64,000 nucleotides of DNA from Entomortierella parvispora E1425. Lineage: Eukaryota > Fungi > Mortierellomycota. The translations under genes and the position numbers were made by a program. Location of the stretch: positions 2,108,001-2,172,000 of the forward strand of contig BQFW01000013.1 in the NCBI GenBank assembly GCA_020891255.1, given 5' to 3'. The notes beneath the pieces were generated by a model that ran no database searches, was not told the DNA's origin, and saw only the letters and a program-made list of their open reading frames with translations. Positions 34,000 through 47,984 of the stretch are shown in pieces (position 1 is the first letter of the stretch; every line of letters begins with the position of its first letter).

Positions 34000-36720
34000 C
34001 CCATTGTCCCCCCCGCCAAAAAAAATCGTGTCTCCTCTTCCCTCCTTCAGATCCCCTCTTGTCCCTTTCCCCCTCTTTCCTCCTCTCTCTTTTCCTTCCC
34101 TCATCACTCTTGGCATCTCTTCTCTGCCCTCTTTCCCTTTGATCCCTTCACCGCTCCCCTTCTCTTAATTACGTCTAGACTGCTGTTCATGGAATCACCC
34201 CCACCCCTGCGACTGCTTGAATGACTATCTTTATTTCTAGAATGCACGAGTTCTCACTTTGAACAATCCCAGCATTGCAGGGTCTATTCTGTTGTGTCTG
34301 TACCTTCACATTCTCATCTTGTCCATGCTGGCCAATGACTACATTGCAGTAATTATTGTCCCCGAATGTAGGGGAAATTGGCAGCCTTCCTTAGACTTGC
34401 TTCCTCTTCTGGTCGTCAGGCCAAATCCGATCAGCATGAAGACTCATTCCTTCTTTTCTTTGTTATAGGTTCGACTTTACAACGCTCAGCCTTGCAAGAT
34501 CGTCTCCGCCAATGACGACAAGACTGTACAAGTGTGGCATGCTCAGACTGGCTCTCTTGGTACTTGGATTCTTGAACGAGCTGGACCTACCTCGTGATTC
34601 AGCATGAGCATGCATGTAATGATTACAGGACGAGGCATTACCACAGACTTACTTGCGGTCAGGATCTTCAAGGACACCATAAACTTCATGCGGGACCATA
34701 TCGTTTGTGGTGGGTTTTCTTGGCAGTGGCGCCAAAAGATAGGAGCATGGCGAGGTAATACTCAGACTGAAGTTTGGATTCTGTGTATCGTGGATCAAAT
34801 CAGTCCCATCAATACCTGCTGGCCTGGATGGAGTTCGTACAACTGGCGTTCAGCTCAAGGTCTGGGTTGTGTCAGTAGCCACCCTCGGACAAGGATTGCT
34901 TTTATTCTTTGACGCAGGGATGATCAAAAAAATCTGGTCCAAAGAGCACAAAAAAAAATTGTTCGAACAATAGGACCCGGTCATACATCCGCACATCAGG
35001 ACGTGATACCACGAAGCAGAAGGATGAGATGTAAGCATGCTGCTAGTTTGCTTATTCGCAGCTACTCGATGCCAGCTGGGCCGAGGGGATTTTAAAATTA
35101 TTTTTTCTAGCATCGTTGCGACTCGGGCGACAAACAGGGACTCACAGGACTCAAAAGTCAGAGCAGGCGTCATACTCGAATGTAGGAGGTTTGATTCATT
35201 TGGAAAAGTAAAAGACAAGGCGCGTCTTTATTCATCCGAGTATTTTTTATGGCGACAATTACAAAGATGGCGGAGCAGTTCTTGCAATGCTGTAGGTACC
35301 CGCTGTCGAAAAAAATTGCCGATACCCTTCTTCTCCCGCAAGTATGTTTGTCGCTCTTGGATCCTGACTAATCTTATAGCTATATACCGTATCTGGTCCT
35401 TTGGATTTTGCTACATGTGACCAGAAAATGCAGGGACGTGTCTCGGCCAGCTTCGGAAGTCATCATGAAGTGCTGTTTTGAGTTGCCTGATTACTGCCCA
35501 CATCAATAAACAGTCTACCACTCTACAAAATAAGAATAGCAGGCTCCTGGATGCCGTCGCAAAAAATGTCCACAATCTAAACAGAAAGTTGCATCAGCAC
35601 TATTCACCGCTTGATGAGGAGTGCGACGATCGTTTTCCAGCTTTCGCTTCGTGATCAGGTTGCAGAAATGCTCATTCTCAAGGTCCTTAGGAAGATTCTT
35701 GGTCCATGCTTTGTTTAGTCTTCTCGCTGTCTCCTTCAGAATCTGAACGCGTTGCTCCGTTGCATATGTGCTATTGCATTTCTCCACTCCGCTCTTGCTT
35801 GGGCCTTGCCCAAGTTCTCTTCTTTCGTGCACGTCAAATGAAAGCTATACTGGAATTCCTCTGGTCGGGCGATGAGTTCTGATATGGCCACGCGTAGAGA
35901 CCTCTCAGATCTTGACGCCATGCTCGACGCGTCTACATGGTGGTTATGGTGGTACATATCTATACATTCAAAACACAAGATATCGACCGAAGTTAGACGT
36001 TCATAGTATCACACATTCTCTTCAGATACATCTTGCGGAAAGTCTCAATATCCGACAGAGTCTCGCTTGACAACATCAGAATACCGGGTACCAATGACCG
36101 TCATGCTGGTCAGAACTTCTCGCAAAAACGAGGGTTCTGTATAGTGCTGAAATTCGCAAGAAACTCAAGCATTGAACGTCAAAGGACACATCACATTTGC
36201 CTTTGAGCGACCAATGTGCAGGCAGAGTGACCTCAACACGACCCAACAGACACTGCTAGTGAAAGCTGAGATGCCAGGAACCGCCGACAGAATGCTGTAC
36301 AGACCTTCTAGCAATAATGAAAACTCTGCACAGTGTTGAATGCATTCTACAGAACCTGCTAAAAGGAGATTCCATAGGAATGCTGCTTCCAACGCTAACG
36401 CCGATCAGACACACCTCACCATTGATCTTTGCAATGACAAGGAGGCATGGTGGTAAAGCCTCGCACTCCAAACAAGAGAGAAGGAGGGCGAAACCGAATG
36501 TGGAGACACACTTACCGAGAGACCAAGGACTTATTCACACTGGCGAGCATAAGTCCTTGGACTGGAGATCTGGGGTCAGATAAATCATCTGTAGGAACCT
36601 GAGGAAGCTGGCCCAGAAGCGAGACTCTGTTGAGTAACAGCGTGGCAATGAGCATCGCTTTTGACAACGTACCTCCCGTGGACATGACAGTATTATTCAC
36701 GTATTAGCCGCCCTCCTTTC
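34000..36720 (-). pseudogene. degenerate long gene with RNAIAH (HEPN-like) motif at 35766-35783
   Basis: ORFs 35736-35978 and 35515-35832 overlap across a frameshift. Long protein-like stretches on either side are broken by stops. Confidence 0.55.
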
Positions 36721-37299
36721 TTGTGTGCCCAAGAGAATCACTTTTTTGATTCTCTCTGGAAATCAGCTTCTTTCTGCTTTCCAGCGGGAAGCGAACAAGG
36801 GCTAATCAACTCAAAGAACCAAGAAAGGGATTCTTGGCCTCGAGGAAAGGAAGAAAGCGAATGAAATGGAGCAGGATGTGAAAGTGGACAGCGGAAAGAT
36901 GCCTAGGCGGAGTGACTCGAGACTGGCTGATGATGCAAAGGCCAGCGTTGGCGCAAAGGCAGGTGTTGATGGAAGGGAGCAAGGGCGAGTGTTGCGAACG
37001 AAGGGATGGGTGGATGACCTGCAGGGTGAATGGATGACCAAGCCTGGCTCACCCTGGCCAACTCGCCCTGGAGGGATGCCTGTGCTCCCCTCCACGGCCA
37101 CGATGTTGTGTCCACGACAATCCACGCCACATTCACGTGTGTCTGCTGGGAATCATTTTGCCCCTGACTGGCAAACAGACGCGCGAACGCTCTTTTCTTT
37201 TCTTTCCCTCTTTTCCTCATCGCTCTTGGCGTCTGCTCTCTGCCCTTTTTCTCTTTGCTTCTTTCACCGCTCCCTTTCTCTTAATTACGTCTACACCAC

Positions 37300-38990
37300 T
37301 GATCAAGGAATCACCCCCACCCCTGCGGCTGCTTGATGTCGACACCCCTTATTGTCATGTCTGCGATGCACGAGTTCTCACTCTCTACTCTGTCCGTACC
37401 GTTTCATTCTCATGTCCATACTGGTCATGGCTGCAGCAAGTAATGTCCCTCAATGAAGGGGAAATGGTCAATCTTGCTTTCGTCTTGCTTTCACTCTTTG
37501 TCATCAGGCCAAATCCAATCAGCTTGAAGACTCATTGCCTCTTTACTTCAATACCTCAGACTGGCTCTCTTGGCGCCTGAATTCATGGACGAACTGGACC
37601 AACCTCTTGTGCTGCTATCGCGGGAGCATGCATAGTGATTCAGCAGACATGCAATTGAGTCAGGGTGGGGCATGGCCACAGACTTACCTGCAGTCGGACT
37701 GGACTTCATACAGGACCATATCGTTTGTGGTGCTGTTTTCTTGGGCAGTGGCGGCCGATAGACGGGAGTATTGCGAGGTAACCTTCATACTGAAGTTTGG
37801 ACCTTGTGCGTCGTGGATCAAATCAGTCCAACAATACCGGCTGGCCTGACTCCAGTTGTTAACTCAGCTATGGATCTGCAATGTTCTGTACTGGTAGTCG
37901 CCCCAGGACGAAGGCTGACTGAAATCATAGGGAGTCTAGTCCAAGATCAGGAAAAATTGTTCGAGCAACAAGACTTAATCTCCCATCCACTAATCAGGAC
38001 ATGATACCACTAGAAATGGAGCAGTTGGATGGTCGGTAAGCATGCTCCTGGTCTGATTCGCACCTGCTCGATGACTGGTGTAGGTGGGCTTCGGGGGGGT
38101 TTTTTAGTTTTATTTCTCAATTTTTTTTTTTAGTATGGTTGCGACTCAGGCGACAAACAACGCCTGACAGGACTCGGTATTAGTCAGAGCAGGCGTCATG
38201 CTCGAAAATGGGGAGTTCGAATCATTTGGAGAAGTAGAAGACTAGACGCGTGTTTGTACATCCGAATATTTATGGCGGCCATTGCGAAGATGTCAGAGAG
38301 GTCCCTCTAGCTTGTAGCATTGCTGCAGGCAAAGTTGTCGAGATCCTTCTACTTGTGTAAGTACTCTTGCTCTTGGATTCTCATTAACACCAAATCATTC
38401 TCGAACCCGATTCTTTCTTCACGGCACAGGGTGTATTCTCCGTTTCCAGCTGCGACTTCCATGTTACTCAATATGGTACAAGATTGGCAAGTCCTTTTGG
38501 AATCTGCCGGAATTTTGTCAAGGTAAGGCGAAGGCATGCGTCAAGAAGTTCATGCGGACGAAATGATGGTGCACTGGATTGCTATCATTGGATTCCTTTC
38601 AAGACCTGGATGATATCCCAACCTTCAATCTTTGCCACATGTGTGAGTCTAGGCAGTATAAAGAGATCATGAACTGCTGCTTTTTTAATAAACAGTCTAC
38701 CATATTGGATACCTGGAATGAAAAAAGCAATTGACCCTTAGATAGTACAGCAGGATATTGTTGCGAAGAAGCGTCCACGACCAAAGAAAACTAACAGCTA
38801 TATCTTGACGAAGAATCACATCGAGTGTTAGCAATAAAGACGAGAATTTACAGCTCTTTGCTTGCTCCAAGCTTGGTACTCTTCTCACCATGATCGCTCC
38901 TCCGCTCGTCCACTTTTTGATCACCCTCCTTCATCTTGTCCTTCTTCCTTTTCATATTTAGCATTCTTCCATTACATGGCCGCCTCAATT
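37300..38990 (-). pseudogene. degenerate unknown-family gene immediately downstream of the NLR
   Basis: Paralog of 14600-15960 and 59600-60720. Confidence 0.45.
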
Positions 38991-39026
38991 TCTGAGCACA
39001 AACCACTACAGTTGCGGAGTGTTCTT

Positions 39027-42000
39027 TTATTCACTCTGCTTATCACTGGAAGGTAGCACTGCTTGTAAAACATCACCGGTCAACCCTTGTTCATCCTGGA
39101 CGGCTCTGACCGCAGAAAATATTTTCTCCTGCACATCGCTGCCAATGGTCTCTGACATCTCGCGTGTCTCTGTGTAGATCCGCAATGTGCTGTCTTGTAC
39201 TTGTAAAGATAAAGCGCGACGGCAGCTATACTGAAATAGACAACGCTCATACACACTCATTATTTCATCTTTCGAGAGCTGTGGAAGAGCGATGCATATG
39301 GAATGGGAATGTTGTCGGAGAACTTCTAAAGCGTACGCACTGGCATCTCCGCGTCTGTCCTTGAGTAGAGCAATGAGAAAATGTACTGCTAATTCTGGCA
39401 ACACAGACTGCTTGCCCAATGCTACTACTGCTGTATGTCCAACACGGTAATATTCATCCTTGAGCGCGTCAACAAGGGATTTAACGGCTGATTCTGGCAA
39501 CTCAGATTGACTGCCCAGTGCCCTTGCTGCCGCCGATCTGACATCCTTATCTCCATCCTTGAGTGCGTCAACGAGGGATATAATGGCGGATTCTGGCAAC
39601 TTGGATTGATTACCCAAGGCATTTGCTGCTGCATATCTGACATTATACCCTCCATCCTTGAGTAAGCCGGCGAGGAATCCGACAGCTGACTCTGGCAACT
39701 CAGACTGATTACTCAACACACTTGCTGCCGCAGATCTGACATATCTATTCCTATCCTTGAGTGCATCAATGAGAGACCCGATGGCTGATTCTGGCAACTC
39801 AGATTGATTCCGCAATGCCTCTGCTGCTGAAGTCCTGACATAATCGATAGACACAGCTACATGCTTGAGTGTGTCAACGAGGGACCGGACGGCTGATTCT
39901 GGCAACTCAGATTGTTTGCCCAATGCATCTGCTGCTTGAGATCTGACATCGCCATCTTCATCCTTGAGTGCGTCAACAAGTGATTCAACGGCCGATTCTG
40001 GCAACTCAGGTTGATTGCCTAATACCATTGCTGCCGCAAATCTAGCATACTCATCTCCATCCTTGACTGTGCGAACTAGGGATCTAATGGCCGATTCTGG
40101 CAACTCAAATTGTTTGCTCAATGCTATTTTTGCTGTAGAGCTGACGCTCTTGTCTTCATCCTTGAGTGCGTCAACGAGGGATCCTACCGCTAATTCTGGC
40201 AATGCTGATTTTTTTCCCAATGCTTTTGCTGCTGCAAATCTGACATCCTCATTTTCATCTTTGAGCGCATCAACGAGGGATATAATGGCTGATTCTGGTA
40301 ACTCAGATTGATTGCTCAGTGCTTCTGCTGCCGCAGATCTGGCATTCTTATCTCCATCTCTGAGTGCGTCAACGAAGGATCCGATGGCAGATTCTGGCAA
40401 CTCAGATCGATTGCCCAATGCTACTGCTGCCAGAAATCCAACACCGTTATCTCCATACTTGACTGCGTCAACGAGGGATATAATGGCTGATTCTGGCAAC
40501 TCAGATTGATTTCTCAATACATTTGCTGCTGCAGATCCGACATACTTATCTCCATTCTTGAGTGTGTCAACGAGGGACCGTACGGCTAATTCTGGCAACT
40601 CAGACTGATTGCCCAATGCATCTGCTGCTGAAATCCTGAGAGTCCAATCCTTCTCATTCAGTGCAGCAACGAGAGGCAGGATCGCTGATTTTGGCAACTC
40701 AGATTGATTGCCCAATGCATCTGCTGCTGAAATCCTGAGAGTCCAATCCTTCTCATTCAGTGCAGCAACGAGAGGCAGGATCACTGATTCTGGGAATGGA
40801 GACTGCTTTCCTAATGCTGTGGCTGCTGAACACCTTACTCTCGATTTGTCGTCCTTGAGTTCACTGACGAGGAAGTTGATAGCTTTGTCTGAAATTATAG
40901 AGCGAGCTCCCAGTGTTCTTGCAAGAGTGTTCCTCCACGAGTTTTGAGAGCGCAAGGTCTCAATCAGAGTAGCCTCCGGGAATGAGAGCCGACTGCCCAA
41001 CCTACTCACACAATAGTCGTCATGTTGAAGTGTGTGCATCTCAAAACGAAGCCATTTCTGTAGCTCCTCGTCTATTTCGTTGGCATATTTTGAGTCCAGT
41101 CGACCACGTGTCTCGTTGAAGCATGATGCCAGTATCAGCTGATGCCGTCCTCCTATCAGATCGCGCAGCGCACCCTGTAAAAGCCCAAAGAATTCCACCA
41201 GAGCTTCTCCTTCCAACAACCCCGCTACCATCGTCCAAACAATCTCATACTGAGGGTTGTATTTATGTTGGTGAACATAGTCGGCCAATTGATTCTTGGA
41301 CATCATCTCGGCTGGGAGACCTTTTTGTTTGAGGTGAAAGTGGCGGACTATCCAGGTTGCGGCGAAATATTCCTGAAATGTCAGATGCAAAAAATGCCAG
41401 GATCGCTCAGAATTGGCCTTTTTAGAACTTAGATCCGCATCTGCTGTGTGTAAAAATGATGTCTTCTTCAGGATCTCGACGAGTTCGAGAGGAGCAAGTG
41501 GCCGGTCGCCTGTCCCATATCCGTCGAGCTCACCACACGCACGCCGTATGTCCTTGTCTTGGAATTCAATTTGGTGATTGCTGTTCATTCCTTTGAACGC
41601 GAGATATCCAAGATACATCAACTCGGTGGCCATCAGATTGTCGATTTCATGAGGTTCGAAATCGTCAAGATACTCCTTATTCAGAAGAATTTCGCCAGTC
41701 TTCTTCTTGAGTCGAATGGCATCCTTGCAGCATAGTCTGCGCACCATCAGTTGATACAGTCCGGTCATTGTAATTTGTGAGTCGTTTTTTGGAAGTGTAT
41801 CCCAACTGAAGCAGATCACGTCCAGCTGCACAGGAATGTTGACAAGTCCCTGGATCAATGGTGTTCGTCGAATGAAGTTCTGAACTGATGTTGCTGCTCT
41901 AGAATCGAGCACCTTGACCACAAAGTCTTGGACATTTTGCCGACTGAATCCGACCGTCTCAAGTTCCAGATCAGTTGATTGTAATAGTGAGCTATCCACG

Positions 42001-44884
42001 CCGGAAGGTCTCGAAGTAACGACGACATATTGTTGTCCAAGAAGGGTCATCAAGAGCCTTCTAAAAGTCTGGCGCTCCTCGCTCTCCGTATCCGCCACAA
42101 TCTCATCCATACCGTCCAAGATGAAAAGAACCTTTCCCTTTTCAGCGCAGATCACAAGAGCTTCCGCCAACGCCTCCTGACGCTGGACACGATCCTGGCC
42201 GATAAAAATCTTGTCACGAAATAGACCTTCTAGGGTGTTGCCTGTAAATCCCCTGAGGCTGCGCAGTGGGATCCACAATACGACATCAAACAGATCCCTC
42301 CATAATCCATTCTGATGGGCATGGACAAGCTTCTTGCACAGTGTTGTTTTTCCGATGCCTGCTCTTCCTTGCACCAGAATCCTTCTAGGAACGTCCTCTC
42401 TTTCATTATTGCGTAGTGGCAGCTTGCGCTTGTTGAAAAGTTGTTCCAGCGGGATCACTGCATCCGTATTCGTATTTTCCACACACTCAAAACTCTGCAT
42501 CCGATGAAAGACTGTCGCTTGCTCTTTAAGATCCTGCTTTTCCTTTTGCCGATGTGCTGGTGCTTCGACGATTGCTAGGTTGACAAAGCATGTCTCCAGG
42601 TCCAGTGTATCTCCTGACACTCGGCGGATGACGAGTTCTGGCGCATGATAGGCATTGAGCGCCCTGTGGATGCCATAAAGACGAGGTTTCCAAGGGTACT
42701 GAGCCTGGACACTTTTCATCAGTGTGAACTTTGCATCAGTGTAGCCAGTTGAAACCGATGGCCGACAATTGTTCCAAAGTGGCGACTGTAGATCGACTTT
42801 TAGGTCTAATTCTGGGCTATGTTTTCGTATCTCCTCTAGCAAAGACGTGGCGCCTAGTATTGTCAAATATGAAGAAAAAAAATCAGGAATGGGTTCCTTG
42901 ATATTAAGCTTGTTCCCAGACGTTACAACTGGGATGCAGTAATGCGAGATCGACATAAATACCTTCAAAGTTAGCCCCATCATTAGTAGTCACATTGGTG
43001 AGGACGTCAAAGACGACCTGATCAACTCCTTCTTGCCGATTCCAAAGTTCAGAATCCTTGTAGAGATCTCCAAGGAATACAATCGCTTCCCTCCGAGCTA
43101 CTAGACCCCACTGAGTGTCAATCGCGAATCGTCCAAGAAGCTGGCAAATCCCCCATTGAAATTCGAACTGGTGTCGGTATGACGCGGTAGTGACCAGATT
43201 TTTGAATTCTACAAGCCACCCAGCGTTGATACACATCTCCGCTCTGCGAAGGGCGTCGTACCATGCTTTCTTGAACTTGAGACCCTCCTTCATAGAGAAT
43301 GTCGGATGATCATTGTTCCTAATGGCTGAGCGGAGGTCTTTGAGCAACCTGGCGCCTCCTTTGCCAGATTCGTATAGATTTTCCAGAGCCTCGAGTGAGT
43401 CCTTTATCGCTGTTGGATCCAAGATGTTGGCAAAGCCCGCTACAACCTTCAGCCCGGACCATACTCGTCTAAACCCTGCCTTCAGGACAGTCTCGTCATC
43501 CGGAATGTTCAACAGTGCCTGCGCAGCATACTCGGCTTGGAATGTCAAGTAGGGATCATCGCTTGACTCTAACTCTCGAAGAAGATCTTTCAATGGCCCA
43601 TGGAGGGCGTCGCGATCAAGACTTCCGATATCAGCATCTGCCATTGTATCCAGAACCTGTGAAACTGCAAGCAATAGGTGATGTCGATCTCGTGTGCTCT
43701 CTGGATGAGTCGACTGGAGTTTCTTGAAAAGGGATTGAAGGACGACTACAAGGTCGTTTGAGCTGATAGATCCTGGAGCTGCTCCTTGAATCACTTTGAC
43801 CAGTCCTCCCACTAGGTGTACATGAAAATGCCGTGACTGGCAGATAATATCGGTGAAAGATGTGAGGAGGAGCCGAGAATACTCGCTGTCGAGTACTGGA
43901 GCCAGCTGGACAACCTCCGCCACTGCAGCAGCATCCTTGGTGGTATTACTTCTGAATGTTTGGACAATCTGAACAGCTATGGTTTGCAGGCGGTCCTTCT
44001 CATCCAAGTTATTTCGAGTGCTGTGACACCACTGGACAGCTTCAGGGGAGAGATCCTCCTCATGGACTGAATCCTGTAGGAGCTGGAGACTGTAGACAAG
44101 TTGATGCGTACTCTGTAATTGCTCATCTGGACCGGGCAGTGAACACTGAACAGACACAGGATTTACATCCTTGGTGAAGAACGTCGTAGATTCGTGGATA
44201 CTGGTTGCCACTGCTATAGAGATGATTGTCTGAGTGGCTAGTGGAGGCGTCGATCGAGGGGTGGAGGAGATGTTGGTAGCCCAAGTGGCAGAACCTTTGA
44301 AGAAAAAACGAGCAAAGGCAACATTAATAAAGGTCAAGGTGGAGTTGCAGGTAGACAATAAAGACATACATACCTTCTAAAGAGACCATACTGGCAACTT
44401 TTGTCTCGACTTCTTCCTGTGAGATCATTGGTCCAGTCAAAGACGGCGAAGCGATGGACATACGAAACCTCCTGCTCTCGCCTAACTCTCGGCTAGTGTA
44501 GAGTGTCGTTCAGTTAGGGACTTTCAAAACCCCGATGTACATTGACGAGAAACAAAAAAAAAATGCTTACTTCAAGGCATCTGCTTTCTGTCTGCACTCG
44601 GCGGCCTTCCCTGTTTCTCCCGAATGATCCAGCACCTCGGCGAGTTCTCGAAGTGCATCCACCTTGCCAGTCAACGCATCAGCGCAAGCCTTCTTTTTGT
44701 CGATTTTTTTAAGAGCATGTACAGCTGCCCAGTAGTATGTCAGGACCTTGAGTTTAGACCCCTCAGCTTCTCGAGCAGATTGGGCACGATCCTTTGCCTT
44801 CTCCAAAGCCTCGTGTTCAGAAGGCGTCATGTTCACCGTGCTATATACAAAGCACATATCAGTCTCTGTCTTGTGAGCATTCAT
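39027..44884 (-). CDS. NLR-like protein: helical N-terminal/ARM-like region, NACHT, about 16 HEAT (PBS-lyase-like) repeats
   Basis: GRAGIGKT, FILDGMDE, VVTSRP and WHFLHLTFQEYFAA. 33-aa repeats LGNQSELPESA..SLVDALKD....VR.AAA. Predicted exons join in frame, and the last exon starts at 42853. Start codon approximate. Confidence 0.9.
39400..40900 (-). repeat. 99-bp HEAT-repeat array with high internal DNA identity
   Basis: 15 ELPES-type linkers. 40606-40683 and 40705-40782 are identical at 99-bp offset. Confidence 0.92.
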
Positions 44885-47456
44885 GACTTGCCGTAGCGGA
44901 CACAGTACCTTGGGAGTTGTGGGATATTCTGGTGGTTGATAGCACGTATAGTACGAGCGCAAAAAAAAAAAAAGGATGGTGACGAAAAGTGGAAAAGTGG
45001 AAAGAAATGAGAGGAGCAACTTCGACCACGACAAGCGTGAGAGCATTGCCACACCCTCTTCTCCCCAAATTTATTTTCCCACACCCATCCCAGCGTTGGC
45101 AAAGGAGATTCCAGCAGTGAACGGTATGGAAAAGAGAGGGCGAACACTTGTGCGACGCAGTGCTGCTTGCTTTGTTCTCAGTTGCACATGATGTTTAAAG
45201 TTGTTTAAAGTACGATACAGCAGAGGTTTGTCCCATGCAGTGTGGACCCGATTAGAAGTGCATGGATGAAGGTGCATGTGATTGCAGCATGGAATGAGAA
45301 ATGGCATGAAGAAGAATGGTGGCGTCAATTTTTTCAGGCAGAGGGATTTTGATACGCTGATCACTCGCAGGAACCAGTTCGATCACGGACTTTGGAGAGA
45401 AAGTAAGAGAGGATCGTTCACAGTCCTGGGCCACTACTCTCTCTTCCCCTTCCTCATGCAGCTCGTCCTTGCCGACAACTGTTGCTGTCTCCAACAGATG
45501 CGCCACGTGTTCCTTTGCTTCGACTTTTTTCTTTCAGCGTCGATATAGGACCATGGCAATAGAGATTCCTGAGGTTGGTGCAATCGCCTGCCGTAAAAGG
45601 GACCTCGGTCCACAGACATCTGAAAGTTCGGATCCACTTTGCATCCTGCGGATGAGCTTGACTTGGGCAAGCATGAGGGAACCCTGCTTGTTTGGGAACT
45701 TGACTACACACCATTGAGCAGAGTCGAATGCTACGTCCCATTCCTTGCATGTGCGTCTGCAAATCCAAATGTCGGCATAGGTCAGTCAGACTGTTGCCAA
45801 TGAGACTGCCAAGGACAGGGATCTCAAGTTAGAGATTGGATTGAGTGAATGCATGGGCCAGAATGAACACAGAGGGAAGCAGAGAGAAGGGGCTGAACAA
45901 AGGGGGGTTTTTTTTGTGATCAAACACAAAGGGTCATGTCGCCTAGCCCCTTTGAGATCTGGACTCTCTTTCCTCCCTTCCAGCCAAGCATGACCAACGG
46001 AAGGGAACGGATGGCAAACATCGCGAGCAATCCGCACAATATATAGTATGCAAAGCGAAACAAGGCCCCATTCCGCCCTTCGCCTGCTTCTTTCCAGACA
46101 CAGTTCCTCGCACGAGCCACAACACGCGCAGCAGTTGTGATGGGGTAACAGAGCAAGAGAGGACTGTCTGATGTGCTCTTCCCGATCTTGTCTTTGACTT
46201 TTGAGATTCACCAAGCTCCTCCCTTGTCAGTCTGCTCCCCTCGGTCATCAACTTGCGAAGACCACCCCTCTGTATTAATAAAAGCTTTGTGGCACTTTCC
46301 TTCTCCAGTGATTATATTTTTTCTGTCGTCGACTCTGGCGCGAGTGAATACATCCTCGAGTCAACACACGGCCAGGCTTTGACACACCGATTCGCCTGTA
46401 AAGTTATTTATTGGCCCAGTGTCAGTGCTCAATAGGGCTCAGGGACATGGCCACGGAGCTGCTCCTAGCTGTTTTCACTCTCTCCATGAGTCGAGTTCTC
46501 GGAATGGCCACCTTGTTTACATGCATGGACGCATGAACCGGCACTGACAATGCAATGCATGCAGGGAATGCCTGGGCGGACGGAGTCTGAACACAGTTGA
46601 CACGCGCCGAAAACCCAAAAAAAATCAAAGAAGCCTGGAATGAAATCGACGCGCTTCTTCCTGACAGGATTGCCGAGCTTTTTGCGTTACACAAGCATGT
46701 CCACCGTTGCTAACGTGTCCCCTCCTGCCCTTGGTTTCCAGCTTCGAGTGACCGCCTCTCGACTCGACAGGTATAAAAGGTGGCCTGGGGACCAAGTTTT
46801 CTTTTTTCTTCTTCATTGCAATATTATTAGTTGACCTGCCCACACGGGTCGGAAAATGCGCGCTCCAAGGGAGAACCCCACTCCCAGTACAGGACGGGCA
46901 GTCAGCTAAACCCATTATTTTTGGCCACGGTATACCGCGGGTGTTCTACACACTCGTACCGTTGGAAATATCTTATTTTACAAACAAACAAGAAAAAAGG
47001 AGGGAGGGGAGCAGGGGAGCAGGGGAATGGGGACATGGACACTGCGAGATGCATTCGCTGGCACATGGGCCATGTTGGTCGCATGGAGTGCATCTCGCCA
47101 CACTTGCATTGAGGAAATGGACAACCGGGGGGTCTGTTCCATTCCGTGGGTGGGCTGACGACATTCCTCCTCTCTCCACTTCGACTCGCGCTTGCACTGA
47201 CAGAAACAGAACAGAGCACGTTTGAGCCCTGATTTTTGTCGCGCTGACTTTGTGCCCATCTCCCTGCAACGGCCGTGTGTGCTTGGCCTACTAGCGGGCT
47301 CACAGACCAGCACTCCACCTCATGGCTCATGGCTGGGGAAAATGGAGTTTGACATTGCTGGCTTGGTGCACTCCACTTCCATGACTCTATGCACGTTGCA
47401 TCTAAGTCGATTCATTCTGAGACGTCCCACGGGCCCGTCGAGCCAAATGAAGCCTG

Positions 47457-47487
<31 letters not shown>

Positions 47488-47749
47488 CATTTCACAATAT
47501 ATTTTTGATGTTTTGTACGATCACTCATATGATCCATCGCCACTTGTTGATTCGGGGTCTTTCCAGCCGAGCACATCTCAGGATCAAGGACTGGACTCTG
47601 CGCACTATTTACTCCAAACAGCGGACAATGTAGAGTCGCGTCAGCCGGTGCATGGTTTGGATCCACCAGACCGATCGGCTGGTCAGAGACAGGTCCATCT
47701 CTCGTGCAATTCCAGGTCCAAAAGGTTTCGAGCGTGGCGACAGAACAGG

Positions 47750-47984
47750 GGGATTCCGAGACGTGGAACAGTCATTAAGAGGCCGCTGAAAAGGTCGGTG
47801 AAGTTGTAGATGGGTCGAGGGGTTCTCTTGAGCACAGGATGGTGAGGGGTCAAGGGTCAAGGGTCAGAGGTCAGAGGTCAGAGGTCAAAGGTCACGGGAT
47901 GGAGGGTCCTTTGCTACCATGCAATAGGAGTACTGAGGACAGAATGAAGTGCCGTTTATTATAGTACTAGAGACTGAGTTACTA
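47750..47984 (-). mobile_element. truncated Ty3/gypsy 5' end: R-U5, PBS (47908-47919), TGACC-repeat leader, first gag-like codons
   Basis: TACTCCTATTGCATGGTAGCAAAGG is identical to 1434-1458. TATAATAAA..CACTTC also matches. Seven 7-bp TGACC units at 47847-47895. Confidence 0.8.

Noticed and set aside
44567-44884. Amyloid signalling motif at the NLR N-terminus
   Set aside because: The segment is charged and helical, with no Q/N/G-rich or HET-s-like pseudo-repeat.
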